Made by a program: the position numbers and the translations under genes
Part shown: positions 48,701-60,700 of the stretch, in pieces
How positions within the stretch are numbered: position 1 is the stretch's first letter
Layout: the number at the start of each line of letters is the position of its first letter
The notes under the pieces: generated by a model
Told to the model about the DNA's origin: nothing
Databases searched by the model: none
What the model saw: only the letters and a program-made list of their open reading frames with translations
NCBI GenBank assembly: GCA_046563655.1
Contig: JAJCTO010000014.1
Location: forward strand, 1 to 64,000
Source: Yuukianura sp. NJ FZ-2021
Lineage: Eukaryota
DNA: 64,000 nucleotides
Direction of reading: 5' to 3'

Positions 48701-51700
48701 AGTGAAAGAGACCAAAACTCACCATTAGATCAGGGCCATTGACAGTAACTGAAATTCAAATTCAAAATTTTTGAATAAGTATTTCAATTTCAGAAAAAAA
48801 AATCATTTTAAAATTTGAAAATTTCACCTGTCCTGTAAAACGGACTGCGATCAACACGTGACCAATTGATTGTGATTGGTTCTTGTCCAGTTGCAGCACA
48901 ATGTACTAAAAGTTTACCATAAAAATTGCAGAAATTTTCCAAATTCGAAAAAATTCCTGAATTTCAAAATTTTTCAAAAACTTACTGAACACAGTATCGC
49001 CACGACGTACAACTTGTCGGGCAGGTCGAAGTTCAATTTGTGGCGGTGAGCCTACCAAACCAAAAAAAAACGTCAACCAAAAATTCAAAATTTTCGAATT
49101 TCAGAAAATTCAAATTCAAGACGCACAAATTTTTAGCATAGTAGCTTTACATGTGACGTTTTTCCGTTTGTCTTCCGCAGCAAAGAAAATCAAAACAACA
49201 CATAATTCAATAGGGTCAAAAAACCCAAAATTTGTGTTCCATTTTTTTTGTAAAATTTCTTTCCTTGGCAACCGTTTCGTTTCCTAGCTAACTGTAATAA
49301 GATTCTAACAAATCGACAAGTCGTAATGCAGCATCGATTCTTTACTGATCTGCTGATCAGTAAAATCTGAAAGTGAGCTCGACTTCGCTCCAGGCTGTCC
49401 GCTAACTCTTGGTTCCCATTGGACAACGATACTTTCCGATTGTCTCCGAATCTAAACTTCGAAGCTCGTCCCTGCAACCTCAAACATGAGTCGAATCTTG
49501 TCCGTCGCTGTCGTGTTCACCAGCATCTTGAGCCTTACGGTTGTTGGCCAAAGTGACAGTCCATCGCCTCCTCGACGTGAGTCCAAGTCAGACGTGATTA
49601 TTGGAATTGCCATACTGGGCTGTCGACACTACTACAGTGACAAGGAACTCAAGAAACTCACTGCTGACTACACCAAGCACCTCGAAGACACGCAGAAGAC
49701 CAATGCCAGTAACAAAATTACAAAGGAAGAGGGCCTCAAGTACCTCGAAACTGCCAAAACACTTGTCCACAAATGCTGTATCCCTATGCCCAATGCACCA
49801 CATGATCCATCCCTTGGCAAATGCACCGACTCCGAACGGAACAGCCTCATCGCAGGAACTGCTAATGCTGATGCTACTAATCCCTCTACTCTGCCCTCTA
49901 ATGCTACTCCGCCACTTTCGAGCAACATTTTTGGAATGCTGCTGCTCACGTTCCAATTGATTTCGAAATTAATCTAAAACTATCAATCGTTATACTAAAT
50001 ATTCATAAACCAAAGTACTTGTACTTCAACACAGTCAATTGCGAATAAAAATAGGTGTCAAGGTCAGAAAAGGTCAAGTTGAAAAGTACTTACTTCCAGA
50101 TACTTCCAGTATTGCGTCAGATGAAAACACAATTTGTCCGTTTCGGTTCGTTCCGACACAGGAGTACCGTCCAGCATCTTCTGGACGAACAGAGTCGATA
50201 ATGAGACTTCCGTCTTTGGCTTCGTAGTTACTCGGCATCAGACCATCGTCGGCTCTCTCCCAGTCCAAGTACAACTGCTCAAATCCACCTCCCCGAATGT
50301 CTGGAATATTGTTTAAACAACATTTTTCAAAAATTCAAATTCCTTGAACAGCATTTTTTTAAGAATTGAAATTGTTTGAATAGCACATTTTTAAGAATTG
50401 AAATTGTTTGAATAGCACATTTTGACTGACCTTGAGCACAGCGCATTTCAGCTCGACTGCCGACTGGAAAGTAGTAGACTTCGGCACTTTCACTGGCAGG
50501 TTCTGGTTCTGGACGGGTTGGACGACTTGGAGCTGCAGCGCTTTCACTTTCATCTTCTTCCACAAGCAGTTGAAGCCTTCCCTCTTCAACTCCAGCGTCA
50601 TTTCGAGCGCTGCAGGAATATGACCCTTCGTCTGCCTTTGTCACTCGGCTGATTTCATAAACAGCGTTTTGTGGAGTTGCGAACACATCGCTGGAAAGTG
50701 GAAGGATGACTCCCCTAGGAACAAAGAAAAAGTTGGCATGTCAAATTCTCACTAGTTGACACGACATGTGACCTTACTCTGTCTGTCCATGACGAAGTCT
50801 GGACCAAGACACAGTTGGCAGTGGATCTCCGTCTCCTCGACAGTCCAGTCTCACTTGTTGTCCAGCCCTGACACGGTGAGGGCTGGAAGGAGTCACGGTC
50901 ACGGTCGGTGGAATTTGAATTTCGAGATAAGCATTGGCAGTTGTCGTTCCAGCCACATTTTCGGCGGTACAGATGTAAGATCCTGGAATTATATAAATTA
51001 TTATATTATTTAATAGTTTAATGATTATTATTATTTATTTACCTTTTTCATCTCCAGTGAGCCGGTTGAATCTCAGCACACCGCCTTGGATTTCTTCGAC
51101 GTTGGTGGGCATTGGCTGGCCGTCGGCTCTGGACCACGTTACTTTCGGTGAAGGAATTCCAGCCGACAGGCGACACTGGAACAGAGCACTGGAATCTTTC
51201 AAAGCGACTTGGCGGGAATCTGGATAAATTTCGACTTGTGGTGGTTCACGACGCTCAACTTCGACGATTCCAGAAGCAAGGCTCTTTCCAGCGCTGTTTT
51301 CGACGTTACAAACGTAAACCTTAAAATATTGATGAAAATTGAGAATTCGAAAGAATTTCTTTCGAGAATTTGTTCAAAATTTTGTAAATTTCGAAACTTC
51401 TTTACCCCACGGTCATTCACTTGTGCGTTCGGAATTCGCAATACTTCGCTGCTCGTGTCAACGCCTGGAGCGAGAGATCCACCGACACGTGACCACTGAA
51501 TTGTAGGTTGCGGACTTCCGGTAGCGATACAACGAACTTCAATTTCACTTCCTTGAGAAACCGTTTGTCGTTCCGGTTCGATTCTTGCGGCAGGCGGAGC
51601 TCTACAACAAAAAATCGAAAAATTTTGGAAAGATTAATTTTTTTTGAATTTTTGAGATTCAATTTTCCACTTACCCGGCGTAAGACACTTGAAGTCGAGA

Positions 51701-54700
51701 TTGTCCTTGTGCACTTTCTCCATTTTCTGTTGTTGCTACGCAACTGTACACTCCAGAATCATCTTCCGACACTGAATAGATCGTCAGTTGTCCATCGGCA
51801 CTTTGACTTGCAGATTGTGGCAAATTGGCTCCAGATTTGGTCCATTGAAGACGAGCTGACCGATCTGATGCTTCACAGCGAAGTCGTACCGTTTCACCCG
51901 GCCGGGCATCAGCTGACGCCGGCATGACTGAAACAGTGAGTGCTGGTTGTTCCGGTACGGGTTCCGGTTCTTCTTCATCTCCCTGGACATACAGAATTGT
52001 TCTAAGAGTAGCCATGCCTTGAATGTTCTCGGCTCTGCAGTGATACTCAGCTTCATCACTTCTTCGAACGGCACTGAATGAGAGAACTCCACCCTGGGAT
52101 CGTGCATGTGCCGGAAGTTGACCGGTTCGTCCACCAGTCCATGTTATTGTTGGTGGCGGGAAACCCGTGGCGGTACAGCGAAACTCCGCAGGACTTCCGG
52201 CATTCAAGGTCAAATACCGTGGAGTTATCGTCACTTCTGGTTTGGATTCCGGTGGAGTAGTTGGTGTACTTGGTCGGTTTACGGCAAGTGTCGCCCGTTC
52301 TGATGCTGTACTGTAGCCATCCGTCGCTAGAGCAAAAGAAAGAGTCAATTTTTATGTTAATGACTGACATTTGACCTTTGACCTTGACATGTACCTTGAC
52401 AAACATAAGTGCCATCATCTTCAGGTCGAATGTCAGAGATGACCAAAAGTCCTTGACCGTCGTCCCGTGCTCTTCCAACGGGAATTGACCCCACTTCCTT
52501 AACCCATGTGACTCGTAGTTGACTTCCAGATTGTGACCGAGCTGCACAGCGAAAGAGCGCTGAACTACCGGTAAGTGCCGACTTGTAACTCGGTTCTTGA
52601 ATTCGGACTACAATTTCTGGAGTGGATCCGCCCGGAGCTGTTTCGGATTCGGATTCGTCTGGGGTTGGTGAAGGTTGTGGCAGTTCCGGTCCACCTAGAA
52701 GCATTTCTCAAGGTAAAATTTTTCCCCGGGGGTAATTTTTTGAGTTTTTAAAACTAAAATTTCGACTGAAATCTAAAGTCCTTGAAAAAAAAAAGTCAAA
52801 AGCATGCGCAGAAGAAGCCATGTTATGCCAAAAAGTGCAAAGAAAAAGCAAATCAGCGCATGCTCAAGTGTTAGTAACTTCCTGACCTTGACCTGTAGAG
52901 TGAATACTCGCAAAGACTTCAGCCACTACCTCATCGTCTTCATTCGTCAGGCGGCAAGTGACGCGCCTTAGGCGCGGAACAATCGGGATCCTGACGGTCA
53001 GTGACCTCGTCCAAGTTGGTACCGGCAAGGAAGTGCTGAAGGTCAAAGGTCGAATCTGTGACCACTCCGGCGTAGTTAGAAACTGGATCCGAAGGCTGAG
53101 TCTGCTTTGGTAGCTGCAAACGAAGTCTTCCAGCCGCCCGTCGGCGTAACCCATGACTTTCACCGGAGAAAGTTCCACCACCACGCGGTCTGGTTAGTTT
53201 TTTTATTTGTAGTAGGTTTGAGTTTTTTAAAAAAGAAAAAAAGTGAGCCATGCCATTAAAAAATGAATCGAAAGCCACTCAGGTTTTTTGAAAAAATGAA
53301 ATTTTGAAAAGATCCATGCAATTAGTTTTCAAATTTAAGAGTGTTCTTGGGGTTTAGAATGTGCTGGAGGTGCAAGTTAGAAAAAAAAGTGTTTAAAAAA
53401 CTTTTCTAAAAAAAAAACAATTTGACCTTTGACCTTACCCCTTGTGGCACAATCGACTCCAGAAAATCCAGGACGACAAGTACACACGACTCGTCCACCT
53501 TCCAGGGCACAACCTTCAGCGTTTTCGCTGCATGGGCACTGCCGACACGAACCTCCGCCGCTACCTTTCGGATCTCGGTAAAACATGGCTATGCAACTCT
53601 CGCAACTGAAATTAAAAAAAGAGGATTTTAAAAAATTTTGAACTTTTTACGAAAATTTTGAAATTTCAAGATGTAACCTTAGTCCAGTGTAACCAAATGG
53701 ACAGCGACACTCTTCCACTTCTGAAACGACTCCATACTGGGTGTACTGCCGAACAGCATCGTCAAGCGATACGTCTTTGATGTGGGTGGATTCCATGTCT
53801 TCAGTGAATGTCGCCCGGACCAAAATGGCTTCAACGTCGCACAATACCCCAAGTAGGTCTTCACGATTGGCTGGTTTGGCCGTTCCGTCGTGATGTCGCC
53901 ATCCAGCTGATTCAGACAAAGTTACATCCAGTTCCTAAAATCCACCAATCAGCGATTAGAATTTGAAAATCCACCAATCAGGGTCGAGGAATTTGAAAAT
54001 CCACCAATCAGGCAAGTTGAAAATCCACCAATCGCTGCTCAGATTTAAAAATCTTACCACTGTTTGCACCGCTGGACGTGATCCGGCATAAAACAGTGAA
54101 ATTCCGTTTTTCCCAATCAAAATAACGTCAATGTCTTCAGTTGGATTCGACGTCGTTCCTGGACGGACATAATATCGCCGCATGGCTCTCAGTTTCCCGC
54201 CATAAGACGAAACGCGATCTCCCGTGAATTTTGGCGGGAGAGACCAGAAGAGACGTTCTCTCCTTGGGGAATTTGCGAGAAACGAATAAACTAATTCACC
54301 CGCCCGGGGATCTACCGTAATTTCCCGAATAGTGGCCGTTCGGTAACTGTCTGTGAGAGTGAATCCGTGTGGTTCCGTTTGGATCTCCATTTTGATTGGG
54401 AGTTTGTACAAGAATGCTGAGGAGCAGTCTGAAGTGACTCCGGAGCAGTAGCATTGCAAGCATCCCTGTGGATTGGTTTCCTGGAGGGAGAAGGTTCCGC
54501 GGCGACATGAAGCGCAGGTCGGTCCTTCGACATTTCCTTTGCACAGGCAGTTTCGACCATCCGGACAGTCAGGTCGAACGGATCCTCTGGGGTCACAGCG
54601 ACATTGGGAGGGAAACGATGGTCGACAGTCGCCAAACTTCGGATTTCCGACATAACCCTCTTCACATTCATCACAGAATTCTCCGGTGGTAAATCCACGA

Positions 54701-57700
54701 CAATTCTGTTCAAATTAACCGTAAAAATTGAAAAACCAAGAAAAACGAGCCCAATTTCAACATTCTAAATGAGAATTTCTAAAAATTGAAAAATTAGAAG
54801 AGAATGACGAACATGGAACTGAATTAACATGGTAGAGCACTTAGAAGTTGCGAAAATTTAAAATGGCGGGTATTTTCAAAAAAAATCTTTCTTTTTTTGA
54901 ACAAACCTTGCAAATTCCTGTTTTAGGATCACATTCGTCCGAGTGCCCGTTGCAGCTACAGCGTTCGCAAAGCCCAAGGTACAGACCCTTAAGAGACCGA
55001 GTGAATCCAGAAGCACATTCTTGGCAACTGAGTCCTACACAACATTTTTCAAAATTTTTAAAAAACTAAAAACTTGAAAATATTATTTTTCAAAATCTAA
55101 CCAAGATAGCCTTCAGGACATTGACATTCCTCTACTGCCCATGCTCGATCTTGTCCAGTATTCCGTGAAATTGAATAGTCCAAGGAGATATCGCTGATGC
55201 TATTTCCAAAAATTCAGTTTTTAAACTTTTCTTTTTTTAAAACTGTTTTGGTTTTGAAATTTTTCTGAAAACTTACTATGTTTCACGGCTGTACGTTGTG
55301 TAGGTAGCTTTGATCAGTAAAGCGTCCAAGTTGGCAAGAGCCATCAGGAAATGCTCACGGTTCGTCGCACGAGCGTCAGCTCTGGAAAATAATCAAAATT
55401 TTGAATGTTGAAACCAAAATTTCAGAAATTTTGAAAAGATGGTAACGCTATAGTGGTTTTTGACCTTCGACTTTTTTTTTTACCTTTGCCAATACTGTTC
55501 CAAAAGCGGTACTGACACGGTTTCTGGACGGTTGGGAGCCAGCGGTGCACCGCGGCGAAAGAACTGCAGTCGAATGTCATTTCCATTGATCTCCACGTCT
55601 GCTCCAGTGTTTGGTGACGTTTGTCCTCCAGGAGGTGGGACGTACCTAAAAATTTCAAAATTACGATTTCAAAATTTCAAAAAATATTTTTACTAGGTAT
55701 ATGTATTTTTGAGTAGACCTGACTGTGTAGTTCAAGTAACCGCCGTAAGATGTCACTTTGTCTCCTAAGTATTGTTCTGGAAGTTGCCAGTAGTAGATGA
55801 GTCCAGAGCCTCCAGAAAATCCACGATAGGCCAACTCCCGTCCAGAAGACTCCACTGACAAGTTCCTAAGTGGTGTATGTTGTTGTCCAGCGTCAACCAG
55901 AGCGAACCCTTGTGGTGACTGGAAGAAACTACTGCGTTCTTGAGTACGGTACCAACTGGAACTGGCACACTGCGTTACAATTCCCATGCAGAAACAGTTG
56001 ATACACCCAAACTGATTGTCACTGCTCAAGTGGAAACTTCCCGCCTTGCATTGGTTACACAGTGGACCAACAGCGTTTTCCTGGAATTCAAAAAAAAATC
56101 AAAAAGTTAGTTTTCGAAAATACCTTCACTGCTTGAATACTTGAAGTTTCACAATACGATTTGAAAGCAAAATTTTGCACACCATCTTCGTAGAAACGCT
56201 CCTAGTTCTTACCGGTTGAAGAAAATCCAATTTCGAAGCAATGAAATTTTTTTGAAAATCAAGTTTAAATTTAGAAACGCAGGTTAAAAATACGGATTTC
56301 AAAATTCCTACGTTTTCAAAAAATGTTTTTTTTATACCTTGCAGTTGCATCTCTGTGTAAACGGGTCTGGTGTGGGCGACAAGCTGCCGGCGACATCACA
56401 GCGAGCACCAACAGGACGACATTCGTAAGGATAATTTGGATTTGGGGCATAGCCGGAGGCACAGTCAGCGCAATTCCGACCAACGTGACCTTCGTTACAG
56501 GCACAAGTGACCTCTCCATCGGTATCTCGGTAACAACTCTTGCCAAATCTCCTTCCAGCTCCAGGACATGGACATGGACGACATTGACCAACGTCGTCGT
56601 AACTTCCTTCTGGACACCGCTCACGGACCGGAACACACCGTCCGAGCCACGGTCCCTGCAAAACCCGTTCGTAGCCAACAACACATTCCTCGCAACTGAG
56701 ACCTAAAGTACAAAAGTTCTTTCAAAAATGAAATTTTGAAAAAAGTTCAGAATTTTGAATCTTGACTGACCCATATACCCAGGAGGGCATTGACACTGTT
56801 CCACTGAAACCGCTTGTCCCAGTCCGGAATTTGTTGTTGAAGCCGAAGTCATCCGAATGTGACTCACAGTTACGTCCAGGACGGATCCTTGGTCATACTG
56901 AGCCCTTATCAGCAAATTGTCCATTTTGGCCAGAACCATCATCAGTTCTTCTCTGGTTGCCGGTTCAACCCCCCGGACAGGCCCTCCAGGACGACCTTCA
57001 CAAAAAAAAATCAAAACATTTTGGAATTTGGAAATATGTTAGAGTGATTTTCCTACTAAATTTTTAACGTTTTGGAATTTGGAAATATGTTATTTAAAAA
57101 TGGTGATTTTCCTACGAAATTTTTAACGTTTTGGAATTTGGAATTATGTTATTTAAAAAGAGTCATTTTCCTACCAAATTTTTAACGTTCTGGGAATTAT
57201 GTTATTTAAAAAGAGTCATTTTCCTACTAAATTTTTAACGTTTTGGAATTTGGACTCTACTGCGCACAAACTGCGCTACTGCGCACAAACTGCGCTACTG
57301 CGCACAAACTGCGCTACTGCGCACAAACTGCGCTACTACGCACAAACTGCGCTACTGCGCACAAACTGCGCTACTGCGCACAAACTGCGCTACTGCACAT
57401 ATAATTAGCATTAATATATGAATATTAGATACTATATTAATATTAATTATATACTCTGAACTTCGAAACAGGAAATTTTCATTAGAATGGTGTTCCCTAA
57501 ATTCCATATAACTGACCGTTGACCAGAAATCTTACGGTACTGGGGGAGGCGCCTACTACCAATCCTCCAATCATGATTTTTTCCCTTATTTAGAGAATCC
57601 ACTGTATGTTATTTAAAACGAGTGATTTTCCTACTTTTCATTTCAAAATTCCAAAATTGAAATTTATGAAATTTCAATTTACCGTAAACTCCCTTGAACC

Positions 57701-60700
57701 ACTCTTCTGTCCAGAATCGTACAGTCACTTCATGTTCTTTTCCAGTCGTCCAGGATTGACCTCCGACATGAAGTAAAGTGATTCCATTTCCCTATAGCAG
57801 AAAACAAATTTTTAAAAAAAAAATTCTTTACTTTTTGAAATTATAAATTTTTTCAGAATTTCTGTCTTACACTGATGACAACGTCTGGTCCACTGATGAC
57901 AGAAGAGCTTCCTCTGTACTTCAATCTGTACCGTAAATTCCCGCCGTAACTTTTGAGATGATTCCCTATATATGGCTCAGGAAGGGCGAAGAACGGAATG
58001 ACATCTTTGGCCAAGAAATCTGTTCGGATGTTTGTCGCTTGTACACTTCCTGCAGTCCCCGGACGCAAACTCGGAGTCGATCCGGCTCTTCTTGCTTCAA
58101 TTCGAATCGACCCGTTGAGTAAATCTTGTGACACTCCTAGAAGGTGGTAGTTGGCTTCCGGAGGCGGGAGTTCGGCCACATACAGTTTAGCACTGGAGCA
58201 TTTAGTTGTTTGACCAAAACAGAAACAGGGCAAGCACTCGTCGTCTGTCCGCGCAAGTTCATTGAACTTCCCTGGTCCACATTCGGATATTTGGTCACGA
58301 ACGACCAACATGCAGTCGGGAATGGCAAAAGTTGATCCGAGGGAGTTGATCGCCTCGCAGCTAAAAACAAAAACGAAACTTCAGTTTCTCAAAATTTTGA
58401 AATTTTGAACTTCTGGAACAGTACCTGTAGGCTCCTTGTTCAGCATGTTGGATGTCCATACATGTAAGGACTCCAAGTCCATTTTCACATTGGGTGGTGC
58501 ACTTGTCTGGAATGTGGCCCCAGTTGAGACGCCAAACGACTTCGGGAGTCGGAATGCCGTGGACGCGACACGAAATGTTAAAAACGTCGCCAACGTCGAG
58601 TGTCACGAGTGACGGTGGAGGTGTTATGATCGACGGGGCGGAACAACCAATTTCGTCGGACCGGTCTGGACAGTCAAATTCCTTGTCCTGGAAACATTTT
58701 TTTAAGAAAATTTTTTAGAAGAGTTTCAAAATTTTGAAATTTTCTGTTCTTACACATTGGAAGCTCTTCATGATACAGTTTCGACCATTTGCACATTGGA
58801 ATTCGTTGTAGCGACAAGGAGAGCCTGGTGGTGGTGGTTCACAGTTTTGTTCATCACTCCCATCTCCGCAGTCATCGTCACCATCTTGTCCAAAAATGCC
58901 GTTTTTTTTAAACATCAATTTTGAAAAACGGATGAATTTTGTATTTTGAATTTTGCCTTACCGCATCTCCATGTCTTGAGAACACATTTTTTATTGTAGC
59001 ACTGAAACTCATTGGGTTCACATCCATCAAGGCGACATCGCATCTCATCCGATCCGTCTAAAAATTGTCCAACAAAAACGTTCCTCAATTTTCAAAATTT
59101 CAGTTGTGAGTGAATTGATTTGGCAGCATAAATGCATGCAATGTAGATAAGTTCGTGACATTTTACCAGCGCAATCCTGATCACCTGAAATTTTGAAAAC
59201 ACAAGGTCAACATTTTTTTTTCAAGAAAAAAAAAACTCAAATTTTTAAGTTAATTCTTGTGTGGAATACTTACCATCACAAATCATGCTAAAATTTAAAC
59301 ATAACACGACATTAGTAATTTCTGCTTCAAATTTTTTAATTTTTTTCAAATTTTTTTAAAATCTTTTTTTCAAATAATTTTGGTGTACTTTTTAGCAATG
59401 CAGTCTCCGTTGCTGCAAGTGGCTTCATGCAGGGCACATGCTGTTGGAGGTCTCGTCGGTGGAGCTTCATCTTTAGTAAAAACAGAAAACAAAAATTTTG
59501 AAATTAGTGAAATTTGAAAATTTTTAACCCGCAAAAACTAAATTCGCAGAAACTAAATACAAATTTATTTATTTGAGCAGTTTCGAAAACAAAAAATGCT
59601 TGGCTGGTGTTCAAATTTTGACCGAGTGACCTTACCGATAGTCGTTGGATACGTCTTTGGATCAACCATGACAACAGGCGGCAACTGCCAATCAGTGTCA
59701 TTGGTCACTCCAAAGTCATATCGTGAAAGCAGTGGTTTCCCAGCAGCTTGCCAACACATTCAATATTTTTCACTTTTTTCAAAAAGTCAAGGTCAAAGGT
59801 CAACTATTTTTTACTTACAGGGGTCAACTCGAAGGTACACTGCGACTTTAGCTCCTGGAGTGGACTCTGGGTATCCCACGGCTTCACAAATGTAAGTCCC
59901 ACTGTGCTCCACTGCAATGTTCGGCATCTCCAGGCGACCATTGAAGTCTCTCGATCCCACCGGAAGTGGCATTCCGTTCCCACGGACCCACCTAACTGAA
60001 GCACGCAGTTGCCCCTCATCACGGCACTGAAAAACGACTTCATTTCCTGAAAAAAATGAACGTTAGAGTTACTTTTTGAAAAAAAATAAGAGTTTTTTTT
60101 GGTCAAAATTTTGAAAACACGAATTCTCCAAGGATGAACGCAAAGCTTTCAGTGTTACCTTTGACGGCTGATGTAGGTTTTGCATCGTGACAAGCAAGAG
60201 ATCATTAGCAAAGAGAGCAAAAGGAAAGAAGAAAATTTCAAAATTTTCATTAATTTTTTTTTTTCGAAAACACCCGAAGCATAATGCAGTTTTTTTCAAA
60301 AATCGCTAAATCCCAAATCCTAGTTTTAAAAATTCAAAAAATCGGAAAACAAATCTTACCCTGTTTGATACTTTGGTCTGACGGGTATGTTTTGAGGTGG
60401 AGCCCTTCTGGAGGACTTCCTAGAAAAAAACAAAATTCAAAATTTGAAAATCTTGTTCAAAATTTTGAAAATCAAGCTAAATTCGTACCACAGTTGCCTT
60501 CGTCGGAGTAGTCGTTACAGTCGTAGATGGAGTTACACACGGCAGAGTTCGGAACACACTGATTTCCACTTCGACATGAAAATTCTCCAAATCCACAACG
60601 AGTTGGCTGCGGCTGAGGTTGGGGACAGTTCTGTTCGTCACTGTCATCTTTAAAATGATAAAAATAAAATAATGAATTAGTATAATATAAATCGATGCAA

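Noticed and set aside
57199..57408. ORF with repeated [19 protein letters not shown]
   Set aside because: It is a translation of the 19-bp minisatellite, not a gene.
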